64,000 nt of DNA. Origin: Flaccisagitta enflata. Taxonomy: Eukaryota. Under the pieces are notes generated by a model. That model saw nothing but the letters and a program-made list of their open reading frames with translations. It did not search any database and had not been told where the DNA came from. The position numbers and the translations under genes are program-made. Below are positions 19,601-33,642 of the stretch, in pieces (within the stretch, counting starts at the first letter, position 1; the number at the start of each line of letters is the position of its first letter). The DNA is taken from assembly GCA_965153355.1 (NCBI GenBank), contig OZ231126.1, positions 248,001-312,000 of the forward strand. Direction: 5' to 3'.

Positions 19601-19735
19601 ACATTTTTGAATTCCGAGCGGTTTTTGCATTACTGCTCCCGCCCAACCGTCCGCGACTGGATTGCCGTGTATCCGGCCTTGTTTTCTTTCTTTCTTTCTT
19701 TTTTTGTTTGTTTCTTTTTTCTTTCTTTTGTCCTT

Positions 19736-19774
<39 letters not shown>

Positions 19775-19865
19775 TTTTTCTATTTTCATTTTCATACGAC
19801 GACAGTAAATAACAACAACAACAGCGACAACAACAACAACAACATCATCATCAACAACAACAAAG

Positions 19866-19952
<87 letters not shown>

Positions 19953-19954
19953 GC

Positions 19955-20001
<47 letters not shown>

Positions 20002-20498
20002 ACACATTAGAGAAATGGAATTCAACAACAATGTTAACGACTACGACAATGAAAACGTCAACCAAAGCAAAGGGTAATAATGATGTCAATATTAACGAAT
20101 TAACGACGATGCCGACGTAGAAAATGCCGATGATGCCGATGGAACCAGGATAAGGAGAAGGAGGGGGAGGAGGAGGAGGAGGAGGTAGTGAGGAGGACGG
20201 GGAAAATAAAAAGTTGGAGAGGATGAAATGCAACGTAAGAAGAACAGAAGAACAAAAAGCGGATTTTTGCAAAAAAGGTAAATCGCAGGAAAAACAAAAC
20301 CTTATTATTGTTAAAAAAAGATCTCTTATGTAGACAAAAAGAAAAGATCTTACCACGACTTACCATCTTGTCTCTAAAACAGCGAGTTGTGAAAAAAACA
20401 AGGCCGGATACATGGCTACCGAAGTCGCGTGCGGGTGGGCAGGGGCAGTGATAAAAAGGTTAACCCAAACAGGAGCAGTCATGCAAAAATCTCCCGTA

Positions 20499-21101
20499 AC
20501 AGTGGCAAAGAAAAAAATTAGACGCTCAATATTTATCAATAACTTGTAAACCACTTATACTTTATACTTAAAATCCGTGAGCATATAAAAGAGCTTCAAA
20601 AACTCTACAAATCTAGACCAAGCAGAAATTTTTAACTTAATTCGTTTAGAAATGACATGAGATTGAAGTTCAGTACTCAAATTCCTGATTGACGAATCGA
20701 CCAGATTTCCGCGCCAGAAAACATGACACTTTTTGTCTTAAATATTCTGTAAATCAAAAAAAAGAAATAAACGATACGAAATCTAAGGTGAAAATGAAGT
20801 ATTTTCAAATCTCTACAAGATGGAATCAAGCAGAATTCATGATTTTGCTTCGTTTACAAGCTGTATCAATACAAAGTTGGTCACTATAAAAAAGATGGAA
20901 GCAAGATTTGAGTTTTTAGAGTAGTTATCTTTAAATTAACATAACTTCTAAAGTTTTGAAGCTATGGTGATCGGAAGGAGCTCAAATGAAAGATTTTTTG
21001 AAGATCTTTAAAACTGTCATGAATTAAAAGGTTCTAGTATTTTTTAGTAAGACACAATCAACAGTCAAAAGACCGCGTCTAGTTTTTTTCTTTGCCACTG
21101 T
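20499..21101. mobile_element. MITE nested in a HINE-A copy
   Basis: TIRs ACAGTGGCAAAGAAAAAAATTAGACGC / GCGTCTAGTTTTTTTCTTTGCCACTGT, flanked by TA. Confidence 0.78.
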
Positions 21102-22246
21102 TAGTCGCCAAAAAACTAACGGGGATGGACAAACGCAACGGACCAACGGACATCGCAGGTTATACAGTGTTTAGCACGCAACTAATAATCTAAGTATCGG
21201 AAACCAGACTCAATGGGAGTGTTTCTAGTCACAGACAATCGCGTTTTGAACGGGCCACTCGGTCGCTCGCACCGCTCATTCCTCTCACTCACTCCACTTT
21301 GCTATGCTCCCTTGCTCCATTCTTAGGCACACTCACTCACTTCGCTCACTCCCTTGTAGGACAGTTAAAATTCTTGAAAATGTGTTCACTCTGAAAACGC
21401 GTTCAACAGGAACAAACATGTTTTTGGTCGTCACTGGGAACTCGCCCTAAATCTAGTCTTGGCCATCGAAAAACCTGTTTAATATTTCTCTGATAAAAAT
21501 TTCACAATTCGACCATGCTTCACTAATTGAATACATTTGCTGTATAAAGAAGTGAGTCATTGTGGCATTTACTGTGACATGACACCCCCCCCCCTCCCCT
21601 TTCGAGCAGCAGCCCTGAACGTGTCGATAACCTATGCTTTCTCCTATTTCTTCTTCCTCTGTCCATCCCCCCCATCCCCAACTCAGATCCCAGCCTCAAG
21701 GCCCAAATCCCAGCCTCAAGGCCCAAATCCAAGCCAGATGCCTTAATCTCAGCCTGGAGGCCCCAATATCAGCCTCAAGGCTGGGATTTGGGCTTTGAGG
21801 CTGGGTTTTAGTCCTCGAGGCTAGAATTTGAGTTGGGGATGGAGGGGAGGAATGGAGGAGAAGGGGAAGGAAAAGAAGGAGGAGAAATTTCCCCCATGTG
21901 TTGAGCATAGGCCATTGACTTCTTAGGGGCCGCTGCCCTACTCCCTCAATAACATTGGTACCGCTGACCATCTACCGCTTTTGCGGACTATATTTTTTTC
22001 TTTTTTGCGCACCCCATTTCAAGGACATGATCATCCGAGATACGTCCTCAGTAGGCTCATAAGCCTACTCATTACGCCGTCAGCATGTGCTGCGTATAGA
22101 TACATTTATTTACAACCAGCACTCAACATCTACGTCTACATCATTTATATGGTGTCGCGTCTTCCTTTACGACGATCTCACCATCAGCAATCGTAGCAGA
22201 GGCAAAGCACTAACGAAAAACGCCAGACTGATTATAACGCTTAAAA

Positions 22247-22505
22247 ATGAATTGGAAAGTAAGACTGTCTATCTTCTTTCTCGTTGCAATAACCGTAAAA
22301 GTAAAGGTGGCGGCGGTAGTGGGTTCAAAGGTGGTTGATGAAGGCTCTGTGGTGGTGGTTGCTGTGGACTCAAAGGAGGTTACGGGTGATGCAATAGTGG
22401 CGAAAAATCTGAAAGAAGATTCAAGAGAAGCGATGACGAAAGTGGAAATCATGGCTGCAGCTGCCAACCTCATCGCGGCAAGAAAATCAAAAACTTACGC
22501 TAAAG
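22247..22505 (+). CDS. Orphan single-pass membrane protein, exon 1 (possible signal peptide)
   Basis: ATG followed by basic then hydrophobic N-terminus MNWKVRLSIFFLVAITV; donor AAAG|GTAGG is phase 1 and matches the acceptor at 26788. Confidence 0.6.
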
Positions 22506-24955
22506 GTAGGTTGGCTAAAGGGTAAACCATCATTTTTTTTTAGTTTATATTTCAAATATCAGTCTTTTAGGTTTATTTGTCGTCCCAATATGAAAGCTCG
22601 ATCATTTAATAGCAAATGAATACATGTAACAGAAGATCACTGTGGATAAGACCTAGTCTTATCCCGTTACAATAGACCCAAGAGCGATGGAAATCCGCCT
22701 GTAAGTTATAGTTTAACTGGGTAAAGAATTCTGGCCTCTTCACGATATCTAACTACTTACGCATCCATATTTCATGTATTGGCGTTTAACAGAAAACATT
22801 CGTAAAAACGTTAGATGGTCAGCGGTACCCGTGCCCTGCCTAAGTAGGTTTTTGTTTGAAGTTGAAAGAGTTGCTTTCACACATGGGGAATTTTCTCCTT
22901 CACCTCCCTCAAGCAATTGGGATTCGGGCCTTAAGGCTGGATTTGGGCCTCAAGGCTGGGATTTGGGCCCTGAAGCTTGGATTTGGGCCCTAAGACTGGG
23001 AGGAGATGGAGAAGAAGGAGAAAAAAACTCTGTAAGTGTGTGAAGGTATAGGCATAAGCATAAGCTTACTATGGGGATTTTGTCATTGCCATAGGAAGCC
23101 TATAGTTTTGCCGCCATAGTTTAATCTTCAAATCCAGACCTCTACTTGTGGGAAAACCTTCTCATTTGGTATATTTATGCAAAAAACTAGAGTATATCAT
23201 TTTTTGAAATTTGACCCTATTTCGTGACCACCCTACTGTAGCCTTATATCATTACCCCTGTCTCTTATCAATCACCATCAGCAATCGTAGCAAAGGCATA
23301 GGTCATTGACTCCTTCGGGTCTGCGGCCCAAAAATCATTGGTACCTAGACAACCGCTTTTACGCGGTTCACAGTACCAATAAGGGCGGCTAATCGCCGTA
23401 GGAAAAAAGTCGTAAAACCTGCTTGAGAAAATGAGAGAGGAAAAGAGAGTGAAAGAGAAAGAAAAAGAACAAGTCATCCAAGGATCGCACATGGTCAGCG
23501 GTACCCAATGCCCTGCTTGAAGTGATTAGCTGAAGAAGTGGAGTGAGAGCAGGGCAGGTCGACAGAGGCGTCCAACCCCCTACCACACCCAAACCCAAAC
23601 CCCCACACACAAGCATCTAGACCGCTTGTTTTTCTACCATTCCACTAGGACGGACAGATGGACCAACAGACTGATGGATGGACTGAGAGCAAGACTGTGC
23701 TGCCAAGATGCACAATCATCACCTGGGACATTTCAAAGTTCAAATAGAGCTCAACTAACTCGATTCCTCGTTTTTGAAAAAAATGTGAAAAATGCGAAAA
23801 AAACAAGAAAGATTTAAAAAATCATAGCTCCAAAACTATCGATTGCACAGAATTTTGCTTGGCGTCATCTGAAAGATGAGATTTAGCTCTTTCTTAGCTG
23901 TTAATTTCATGCGTAGTCTCGTTTGGCTCCCAAAACTGATCAACTTTCCTAAACGCTTCATGAAAAAAAGGGAAAACATTTTTTCTTCGCGGAAATCAAA
24001 AAGTCTTCGAATCTTCGAATCTCGACTTTTTTCCAAATAAATGAACACAATTATCTTGTTAAATCATTGTTATCGTGTCTATTATAACTTTAGGACAAGA
24101 CTCAAAAGATATGAAGGTAAGTAGGTCACATTATACACAGTTGACACAGAAGTTGACTCCAAATCACTGTTATTTTTAGTCGCGGACATTCGACTCTACA
24201 CCTTGCCGTGTCAGTCGGTCCGTCGGTCCGTCCGTCACATTTCTGAATTGTAATCGGTTTTTGCATTACTGCTCCTGCCCAACCATCCGCGACTGGATTG
24301 CCGTGTATCCGGCCTTGTTTGTTTAGAAACTGTTGCATGTTAGTTTTGGGCGTGTTTCTGGTGAAGATGAAAAACGCGTTTGTATCTCTGAAACGCGTTC
24401 ACACGGTGAACACATATTCAAGAATTTCAACTGTCCCTTGCGGGAGTGAGCAAAGTGAGGGAAGTGAGGGAGTGAGTGAGCGAGTGAGTGGAGTGAGCGG
24501 TGCGAGCGAACAAACATAGTGAGCGACTGAGTGGCCCGTTGAAAACGCGATTGTCTATAGCTAGAAACGTCCTCTTTGTCAAGAAGCTAAACCTCCTTTT
24601 TACTTTTCGTCTAAATTGGAGTTACAGTTTTCTTGTTTTTACCTTAAAAGGAAATGAAACGCATTAAATCGAATCCTGCAATTGTCAAACTTAACATTCT
24701 ATCGTTTTCCCTCGAAAATTGAGATACAAAGAAATTAAGAATGTTGAGCCACTCTTGAAAATTGAGATACAAAGAAAGTTGATCCACATTTTTTGTCGAC
24801 ATTTTGTCTACAAAAGATTTTCACGCAATAAAATTCCGCCTCCTTTTACAAAGCTCCACTTTTACTTTTTCTCCCTTTCTATTTCTATTTCTATTTTTCT
24901 GCCCGTTTCCCCAAATCCCCCTTTCTCTGGATTAACTCCCCCATTCTCCCTCTCT

Positions 24956-25588
24956 TTTTGGGCAGCGGCCCCAAAGGGCCGACGTCCTGTAGAACACGGG
25001 GGGAATTTTGAGACGTCGGTCTGTCTGTCCTTCCATCCGTCCTTCTGTCCGTTCGTCCGTCCCCCCCCTTGAGCATCAAGGCTTCAAATTAGCCCTCCTG
25101 GGTCTCAAATTAGCCCTCCCGGGCCTCAAATTAGCCCTCCTGGGCCTCAAATTAGTTCTCTTGAGCCTCAAATTAGCCCTCCCAGGCCTCAATTTAGCCC
25201 TCAAGACCTCAAATCAGCCCTCTTAGCTTGAAATTAGCCTCCCCCATGCCTCAAATCCACCCTCCAGACCACAAATCTGCCCTCCAGACCTTCAATCAGC
25301 CCTACAGGCATCAAATCAGCCCTACAAACCTCAAATCTGTTCTTCAAGCCTTGATTCTGCCCTCCAGCCCTCAGGTATGCCCCTAATGGCCTAAATCAGC
25401 CATCTAAAAGCTTAAATAAGCCCCCTCAGGACGGAGGGACGGACGGACGTCTCGAAATTCCCCCCTGTGTTCTACAGGACATCGATCCTTTGGGGCCGCT
25501 GCCCTGCTCTCACTCCACCTGTTCACTGGATCACTACCAGCAGGGCATCGGGTACCGCTGACCATGTGCGATCCTTGGATGACTAGTT
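24956..25588 (-). mobile_element. HINE-like family B variant (related copies at ~32390-32902, 14667-15100, 58476-59170)
   Basis: Same subterminal inverted repeat; variant 21-bp internal unit (ggcctcaaattagccctccc). Confidence 0.75.
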
Positions 25589-25858
25589 ACATTCGTCCTC
25601 GCATCTCTAAAAGAGCTTGTGTACGTAGGTCCGTGGGTGGGCCCGCAGGTAGATAGGTTACGCAAAAACTTAATGACGCATTCTTTGTAGGTTTTCTCTT
25701 GATTTCTTTAACTCTTATATTATCTTAAATTATCTAAAATCTTACACCTTGTTCTTCTTTTTTTTTATCTTTCTTTTAATCCTCTTTTTTCTCTTTCTTT
25801 TCCCATCTCTATTTCTTCTTCTTCTTCTTCTTGTTCTTCTTCTTCTACTTCGTCTTCT

Positions 25859-25890
<32 letters not shown>

Positions 25891-26788
25891 TTCTTCTTCT
25901 TCTTCTTCTTCTTCTTCTTCTTCTTCTTCTTCTTCTTCTTCTTCTTCTTCTGCTTTTTCATCTTCTTCTTCTTTTCCTTCATCTTCTTCTTCACATTCTT
26001 TTTTCTATTTCTTCATCTATTTCTTCTTCTCCTTTATCGTTATCTTTACCTTTATCTATATTGTCTTCTTATTATCATTCTTCTTCTTTTTCTTCTTCTT
26101 CTTCTTTGTCTTCTTCTTCTTCTTCTTCTTCTTCTTCTTCTTCTTCTTCTTCTTTTTCTTTTTCTTTTTCTTTTTCTTTTTCTTTTTCTTCTTCTTCATC
26201 TTCTTCTTCTTCTTCTTCTTCTTCTTCTTCTTCTTCTTCCCTTCTCCGCTCCTTTCCCTTTCATTCTTCATCCCAACCCACCCCCTCTCCCCTCTATCCC
26301 CCTTTTCTAGCGGTGGCATGCTAAAATGCCCTGTGTACACAAAAGAGAAAAATGCCTTTGATTAACATTTTCAATCTTTTTCGAGTTGAACGAGAGAGAG
26401 ACAATAAAGTGGGACACTTTTCATTTGTGTCCTAATAACAGCAATATCATCCTTATTAAAGAAAATCATTTAACGATAAAAGGATAAAAAAAACATGTTG
26501 TAATCATTAATGTAAAAGGTTTTTAGTCATTTTCAGCGTAATTTTAGGAATGCCAAATACTTACTGTACATCCCGAAAAACCTCGGGCCGAAACTTAAGA
26601 TTATTTCATGAATTTAAAGTGATGTAATGTATTTCAGCAATAACTTTGGTGTTAAAAGGAGCGAAACTCAAAATAAAGAAACACGCATGTGCAATTGCCG
26701 TGGAAGGCTAAAAAAAAAAACCATGGATTTGTTTCCATTGAATAAGTGAGAGTACTTAGATGACCATGTCTCTATGTTTCCGCCACAG

Positions 26789-26991
26789 GTGATTCGTCAT
26801 CATCAGTCTTCTCGTCCTTGTCCTCTTTTTCCCCATCCTCCTTCTTCTCCTCTTCCTCTTCTCCCCCCTCCTCTTCCTCGTCATCGTCATTTCCGATGAG
26901 ATGGCGTCGTGATCGCGATTCTGATGAGTTACCTCCGGCTTGGAGATGGACTCCACCCAACCAAACAAAAGCGGACCAAAACACTTTGCAG
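26789..26991 (+). CDS. Orphan membrane protein, exon 2 (Ser-rich, RWRR motif)
   Basis: Acceptor ccacag| (phase 1); donor CAG|GTAATG (phase 0); open frame DSSSSVFSS..PMRWRRDRDSDELPPAWRWTPPNQTK..LQ. Confidence 0.62.
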
Positions 26992-28002
26992 GTAATGCTA
27001 TTATGGCTAGATGTTTCAAAAAAAAAAAAAAAAAAAAAGTCGCAAAAGCGTGAGATGGTCAGCGGTACCCGTTGTCCCAAAATTATTGTATTTAAGTATC
27101 ATTCACTGTTTTTGTTTGAGGGGCAGCGGCCCAAAATGAAACCAAGGCCAAATATCTATACATGGATGTGGTCTGAGCCTCAATGCTGATATTTAATCTT
27201 AAAGCATGGAATTTAATCAAGTAAGGGAGCCTTGAGCCTAGGATTTGAGCCATTGAATTTGACCCCTAAGTCTCTGTGGTGAGAATTTCAGCTTCAAAGC
27301 AGGGGAAAGGGGTGGAGGAAAAGAAAAAGAGGAGGGAGAAATGAAAACATACGTCATCGACCTTCTGAGGTCACTGGCCAAAAAAGGGGCTGCGCAAAGC
27401 AATGAAAAGCCAGTCGCCGAATGGGCAATATGTGGTCAGAGATACGAGTATTAACTAGTCAATGAGGGTTCACAAGGCCCGCTTCCATTTATTTCAGTTT
27501 GGGTATAGTGAGGGATATTGTTCCACTTTTGGTTGTAAATTGGAATGAGAGGAAGCAGGGCAGCAGCCTCGAAGGGGACAAAGTCCTGTAACACAGGGGG
27601 ACTTTTGTTATTCATTGATGGCTCAAGGGAACAAAATCAGGTCTGAGACTGCAGAATTGAGGCTCCGATGATCAAAGGGGGGGGACGGAAGGACGGACGT
27701 GAGGATGGAAGGACGGAAGGATGGACGAACAGGTGGACATCTTGAAATTCCCCCCCCCCCTGTGTACTACAGGACATCGACACATTGGGGTCGCTGCCCA
27801 AAAAGGTCCCATGTGTTCTGCAGGACTTCATCCCCTTTGGGGCCGCTGCCCAAAAAGCATTTGTGTTTCTCACCGCGAAAAAAAATCTTTGATTTTATTT
27901 TGTATGGCACGGGTAAGATAAATTTTGTGTTCTGTTTTGAATATGGGGCAAAAAGAACACAAATCTTTCCAATTTTCTTTTTTTTTCCCTCTTTTTCATC
28001 AG

Positions 28003-28194
28003 GAAGGCACAAAGACTGTTCCTTTGGTGGTGGTGGCGTTGGTGGTTTCTTGTTTGGTGGTGGTTTTGTTGGTCTTCGCCGCGTTTTGCTGGTGCGCATT
28101 TTGCTTCAATTGGAACGCGTTCTTCAGATGTTGCGGCAAAGTTCATCCTTGTTGCTACAGTCGCCATGACTACGTCACTCATCACATGGGAGAG
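28003..28194 (+). CDS. Orphan membrane protein, exon 3 (transmembrane helix + Cys-rich juxtamembrane segment)
   Basis: Strong polypyrimidine acceptor; donor GAG|GTGAG; EGTKTVPLVVVALVVSCLVVVLLVFAAFCWCAFCFNWNAFFRCCGKVHPCCYSRHDYVTHHMGE. Confidence 0.72.
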
Positions 28195-30176
28195 GTGAGA
28201 TCAATGATGCAGTCTAATCTCATTTGCATAATGCTGCAAAGTTCATCCTTGTTAGCCAGGGGGAGTGAAAATCTAAATATCGGCAAAAAGTTTCGTTTTT
28301 AGTCCTAATGTATATTTTTACGTTTGGTAAGATTATTTAACAAAGATTTGACCCATTGGCTGGCCTTAGAGGGGCGCAAACATCATCAAATTTAGCCCTA
28401 GTCCACAAGAAAAGTTTTGTCAGCTGATCTTTTCCATTCAAACGATTATAGCCAAGTCATTTTTTGATGGATTTATAAAAAATTGGTGACCAAAATGTAG
28501 AGTTTTTCAAGGGGCGTCCATCCTTTTTTTGCGCGACCAAATCGGTCAAACCGTTCAAAAGTTATGACCGCTAAAAGATAAGTGAGCGAGAAAAAAATCC
28601 GTAAAAATATGAAAAATCTCATTTCTATTCACAATTTTTGGTACTTAAAGTGCTCCGATTTTGATTAAATTTTACATGGAGGTAGTCCATAATGTGAAGC
28701 ACCTCCAGTAAAAATTTTGTCCAAATCGGTCAACTTTTAGGGGGGCAACGGTATTTTTTTTTCTTTTAAAAAATCGCGAATTAGCCGTTTTTTCAAAATT
28801 AAGGTACCTTGAAATTTTCAAAAACGAAAATTTTTTTTCAAAAAAGCATCAGTGGGGTCTAATACATGTGCTTTTGAAATTTCAGGGCCATATTTCAACT
28901 TTTTTTAGGTTACAGGTTGAAAAAAGGCCAAAAATTGGCCTTTTTCGCGATTTTTGGTTTTACGGTCTTTGCTAAATTGTTATTTGACACCCAAAAAAGG
29001 CTCTTAGGGCCGCCAAATTTTTTTTGGGCATCACCAAGAGTCTTCTAAAGGAATTTTGGCCCATGGTTCATAGGTGCCTGCCATATTATGGCAATGTCTC
29101 GGGCTCAAAGACAATTTTTGGTTTTTTTTTCCTGAATTTTGGATTTTCGAACGCAAGTTTTGGTACTTATAGTGCTCTGATTTAGATGAAATTTCACATG
29201 GAGGTAGTCCATAATGTGAAGTACCTCCAGTAAAAATTTTGTCCAAATCGGTCAACTTTTAGGGGGGTAACGACATTTTTTTTCTTTAAAAAAATCGCGA
29301 AAAAGCCGTTTTTTCAAAATTTAGGTACCTTAAAATTTTTACAGCCTCATAATTTTTTACATGCAGCTTGATTAGGCTCCAACACATGTGCATGTGAAAT
29401 TTCAAGGCCTATTTCCAAGTTTAAGATGGGTTTTAGGCCAAAAAACGCCAAAAACGGCCATATCAGACCTATCCCAAGCTCTATCAGATCTATCCGGAGC
29501 TGTATCAGACCTATCTCGAGCTCTATCAGACCTATCCGGAGCTCTATCAGACATATAACCAGCACTATCAGACCTATAACCAGCTCTATCAGACCTAGCC
29601 CTAGCTCTATCAGACCTATCCTCAGACCTATCCGACCTATCCCCAGCTCTTTAAGACTTAACCGTGGCTGATTGTTTTAGTGAATGAAATGATGAGTATC
29701 ATCAATGATGTACGAAATGAGTTTTCAATTGATTTCAAACATTTTTAGCGATTTTTCATTTGAGCGTGACTGACGGATGGACAGATGGACAATGCATCTT
29801 ATAGAGGTGCTAAGATGCAACTGGGTATCATCCTAGCATATTTCTGAATCATTCCCAGTGATATTTGCTTCTTTTCGAGATTTTCAACTCAAGCGTGACC
29901 GACCAACTGACCGACCAACTAACCAACAGACAGAGCCTCTTATAGAAGTGCTATGGCGCACCTAAAAATGGCTATGTTTTTTGTTTTTCGAACATATCCA
30001 ATCTCTAAACCTCATAGAAAGAAAAAAAAATATTCACACTGTGCACAGTATAATTTCAATTAATATTACAGGCTTTAAACTGGCGAAGATTGGCCAGTTA
30101 AAGAAGATATGAAATTTTTGTGATCAAATCCTAACTTATTTGAATTTAATAGCTCTGTCTGTTGGTCTCGCGCACA

Positions 30177-30262
<86 letters not shown>

Positions 30263-30493
30263 TTCTTTTTTTGAAAATAAAAACTCATTCTTTAAAAAAG
30301 ACTTAATATTTCAATACGTGTTTTATAAAACACCTAAGAATTCTTTAATAATTCATTCAATGCATAACATGAAATAAGAACAATAGAGATTGTGTAAAAT
30401 TGGCAGTAAGACTTCTCCGCGGATTCAGGTTAGGATTTTCAAAAAAAAAATAAAGAATTCATTCACCCCATACAGTAAAAATAATTGTTGTAA

Positions 30494-30706
30494 TTATTCC
30501 ACGGATTCGGCTGATGCTTGATGAATGAGCTTCGTCAGCTTTGAAATGAGAGTCGGAATATCGCAGGCCACCAAACCATGGCTGTATGACCAATCGGCCT
30601 TGTCGACGACGGGCTGCTCGAGAATCTGTCGACGATATGCCATCTGCGACTTGATTGCTGCAAGCAGACGAACTTTCCCCTCACCGCGACCTTCGTTCCG
30701 TACTTT
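30494..30706 (-). CDS. Transposase last exon, 3' part (after HINE insertion)
   Basis: KVRNEGRGEGKVRLLAAIKSQMAYRRQILEQ..LISKLTKLIHQASAESVE*; joins in frame (LE|KVR) once the repeat is removed. Confidence 0.72.
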   Translation of the reverse strand, partial: KVRNEGRGEGKVRLLAAIKSQMAYRRQILEQPVVDKADWSYSHGLVACDIPTLISKLTKLIHQASAESVE

Positions 30707-31386
30707 TTGGGCAGCGGCCCCGAAGGGGACGAAGTCCTGTAGAGCACAGGGGGACTTTCGTTCGTCCGTCCGTCCGTTCGTTCGTTCGTCTGTCCCCCCC
30801 CCATCAGGCCCCTCAGGCCTCAAATATGGCCTTTAAGGCCTCAAATTCTGCCTCTCAGGCCTCAAATCCAGCCTCTCAGGCCTCAAATATTTCCTCTCAG
30901 GCCTCAAATCCAACCTCTCAGGCCTCAAACCTGGCCTCTCAAGCCGCAAATTAGGCCTCTCAGCCCTCAATTCCGAATTCTCAGGCCTCAAACCTTGCTT
31001 CTCAGGCCTCAAACTAGGCCTCTCAGGCCTCAAATCAGCCATCTAAGCCTCAATTTATCGCTCTCAGGCTTCAAATCAGTCCTCTGGTTTCAAACCTTAA
31101 TCCAGCTCTCCCAAGCCTCAAGTCAGCCCTCTCAAACTTCCAATTGGCATTCTCAGGCCTTATATCAGCCTTCTTAGACCTCAATTTAGGCTCTTGAAGG
31201 CCTTCAGTCAGCCCTCTATAGCATAACATCCCCTTCTTCAGGCAGGACGAACGAAAGTCCCCCTGTGTTCTACAGGACTTCGTCCCCTTCGGGGCCGCTG
31301 CCCTGCTTCCCCTCCTGCCAATTCACAATCACTCAAAGCAGGGCAACGGGTATCGCTGACCACATATTGCCCTTGGGCGACCTGTT
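30704..31386 (-). mobile_element. HINE-like family B copy interrupting the transposase last exon
   Basis: 5' end AACAGGTCGCCCAAGGGCAATATGTGG; ~55-bp asymmetric subterminal inverted repeats (GGGCAGCGGCCCCGAAGGGGACGAAGTCCTGTAG..); internal 21-bp tandem repeats; inserted in an A-run. Confidence 0.8.
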
Positions 31387-31717
31387 CAAGCCCCTGCTGG
31401 AGGTCTTCCGCGGATTCCCAAAGGCCTCCCATCGCATTGACCTTGGCGATCAAGGCCCGACGATCATTCATGGCCTTCGTTGCCTTGGCGCGGACTTTAT
31501 CCCGCTTTTCCTCAAGGCGGCTGGCACGAAGATCATTGATTTCCTGCTCTCGTTGACGGAAACGTGCCTTTAAATCGCATGTGCGTCGTTTTGCTCCCTG
31601 AATGACCGCTTCCCGTTTCGTAGAGTCGAGAGAGTCCAGCCACGCAGAAGTCTTGTTCATTGTAAACATCACTTTGGCCTCGATCGCGATGGCGCGAGAT
31701 GCCGGTGCACGTCGCAG
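31385..31717 (-). CDS. Transposase last exon, 5' part (before HINE insertion)
   Basis: Acceptor tacacag|; LRRAPASRAIAIEAKVMFTMNKTSAWLDSL..GGLWESAEDLQQGLE, then repeat sequence begins. Confidence 0.75.
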
Positions 31718-32017
31718 CTGTGTACAAATAGGACACATTATTACATAAGGACCCACACGAGGTTGTTAATATTGCTTGCGAAAAAAAGACTGGACACACG
31801 GCTGCTGAAGTCGCGTGCAGGTGCAGTGATAAAAATGATCCAAGCTTTTGGGCAGGGGTAGTTGTGCAAAAACCACCCGTAAACACAAAGAAAGGTGATG
31901 GGATGGACGGACTGACCAACCATCCAACTGACTGACATAGAAGGTCATAAAATTCGTCGTACTCACTCTCTCTCGCTTCGCTCTCTGTCTCTCTCTGTCT
32001 CTCTCTGTCTGTCTCTG

Positions 32018-32102
<85 letters not shown>

Positions 32103-33596
32103 CGCGCTCGCTTGCATGCTCGCGCTTTCTCTTTTACTCAATACCAGTAATGGCAGCTGTCGCCGGGAGGAAAAAAGTCGTAAGCATTGGTCAATTTTCA
32201 CCAGGCTTTTGTCTTTAGTCACTGTAATTTTTTTTTCTAAGAGATCAAAGCAAGAGCAATTGTATGTATTGATTGCACTGAAAATCAGAGAAAAATAAGA
32301 CTGAGCCAAATGCGCAAGATGAGCTAAAATTCTCAAAATCACTCAACTAGACAACCAGCTATGTTCACTGACATACTTTCTTGTATGCTTTTTAGGCAGC
32401 GGCTCCAAAGGGCCAATGTCCTGTAGAACACAGGGGGAATCTTGAGACATCCGTCCTTCTGTCCTTCCGTCCCCCCTTTAAGCCATCAAGGCCTCAAATT
32501 AGCCCTCCCAGGCCTCTATCTAGCTCTCCAGACCTCAAATCAGCCCACTTGGCTTGAAACTAGCCTCCCCCATGCCTCAAGTCTGCCTTTCAGTCTTCAA
32601 ATCTGCCCTCCAGATCTTTGATCAGCCTTCCAAATTTCAAACCAGCCCTCAAAACCTCAAATTTGCCCTCCAAGCCCCCAATTATGCCTTCAGCGGCCTT
32701 AATCAGCCATCTAAAGCCTAAAATATATCCCCTCAGGACAAACGGAAGGACGGAAGGACGGATGCCTCAAAATTCCCCTCTTTGTTCTACAGGATATCGG
32801 CCCTTTTGGGCCGCTGCTCAGCTCTCACTCCACCTCTTCACTGGATCACTCCCACAAGGGCATCGGGTACAGCTGACCATATGTGATCCTTGGTTGACTA
32901 ATTTGTATCTGCTTGCTTAAACATGTATCAAAATATGTATTCATTTATCACATTTGAAAAAAAAACTGAGCTATATAAGCTGAATGAGCTAGAATCCTCC
33001 AAAGCACTTTCACACATGAGCAGCTATGCTTATAAACATGTTTTCATGTATTTGCATTTTCAAACAAATATTGATACATTTTTTTTTATTCCTACATAAA
33101 ATCATAAAAGATTAGAAAAAAATCAATTTGAATTTTTTATGAATAAATCTTCAAAAAATCATAGCGGAAAAAAATATTAGTCGTAGAGAATTCTGCTTGG
33201 TGTCAAATAAAAGAGAATTGTCAAATTTACTTACTTTATAAATATCATCAGAGGTCTCAATCAGCCAGATGAGATGCCCTACTTTCGCATAAGAAAATGA
33301 AAACTATGTTTTTCTCAAATATGTCAAAAAGTCAAAGACTGACTTTGACTTTTTTCCCAACGATTATAGTTGTGGAGCTGAACGCAATAAAGGAAGGAAA
33401 AATAACAAAATATGATGATGATAATGATAGTGGTTATGATGATAATAAAGATAGCGGTAATATGATGATGTAAGAAATCATGACGATGACGTTGACGATG
33501 GCGACGAACTTCGGATGTTTTATAAAATATATGATATATATATTAATGATATATATCATCATTTGATATTGTATTTTGTTAAGGATGATGATGATA

Positions 33597-33642
<46 letters not shown>

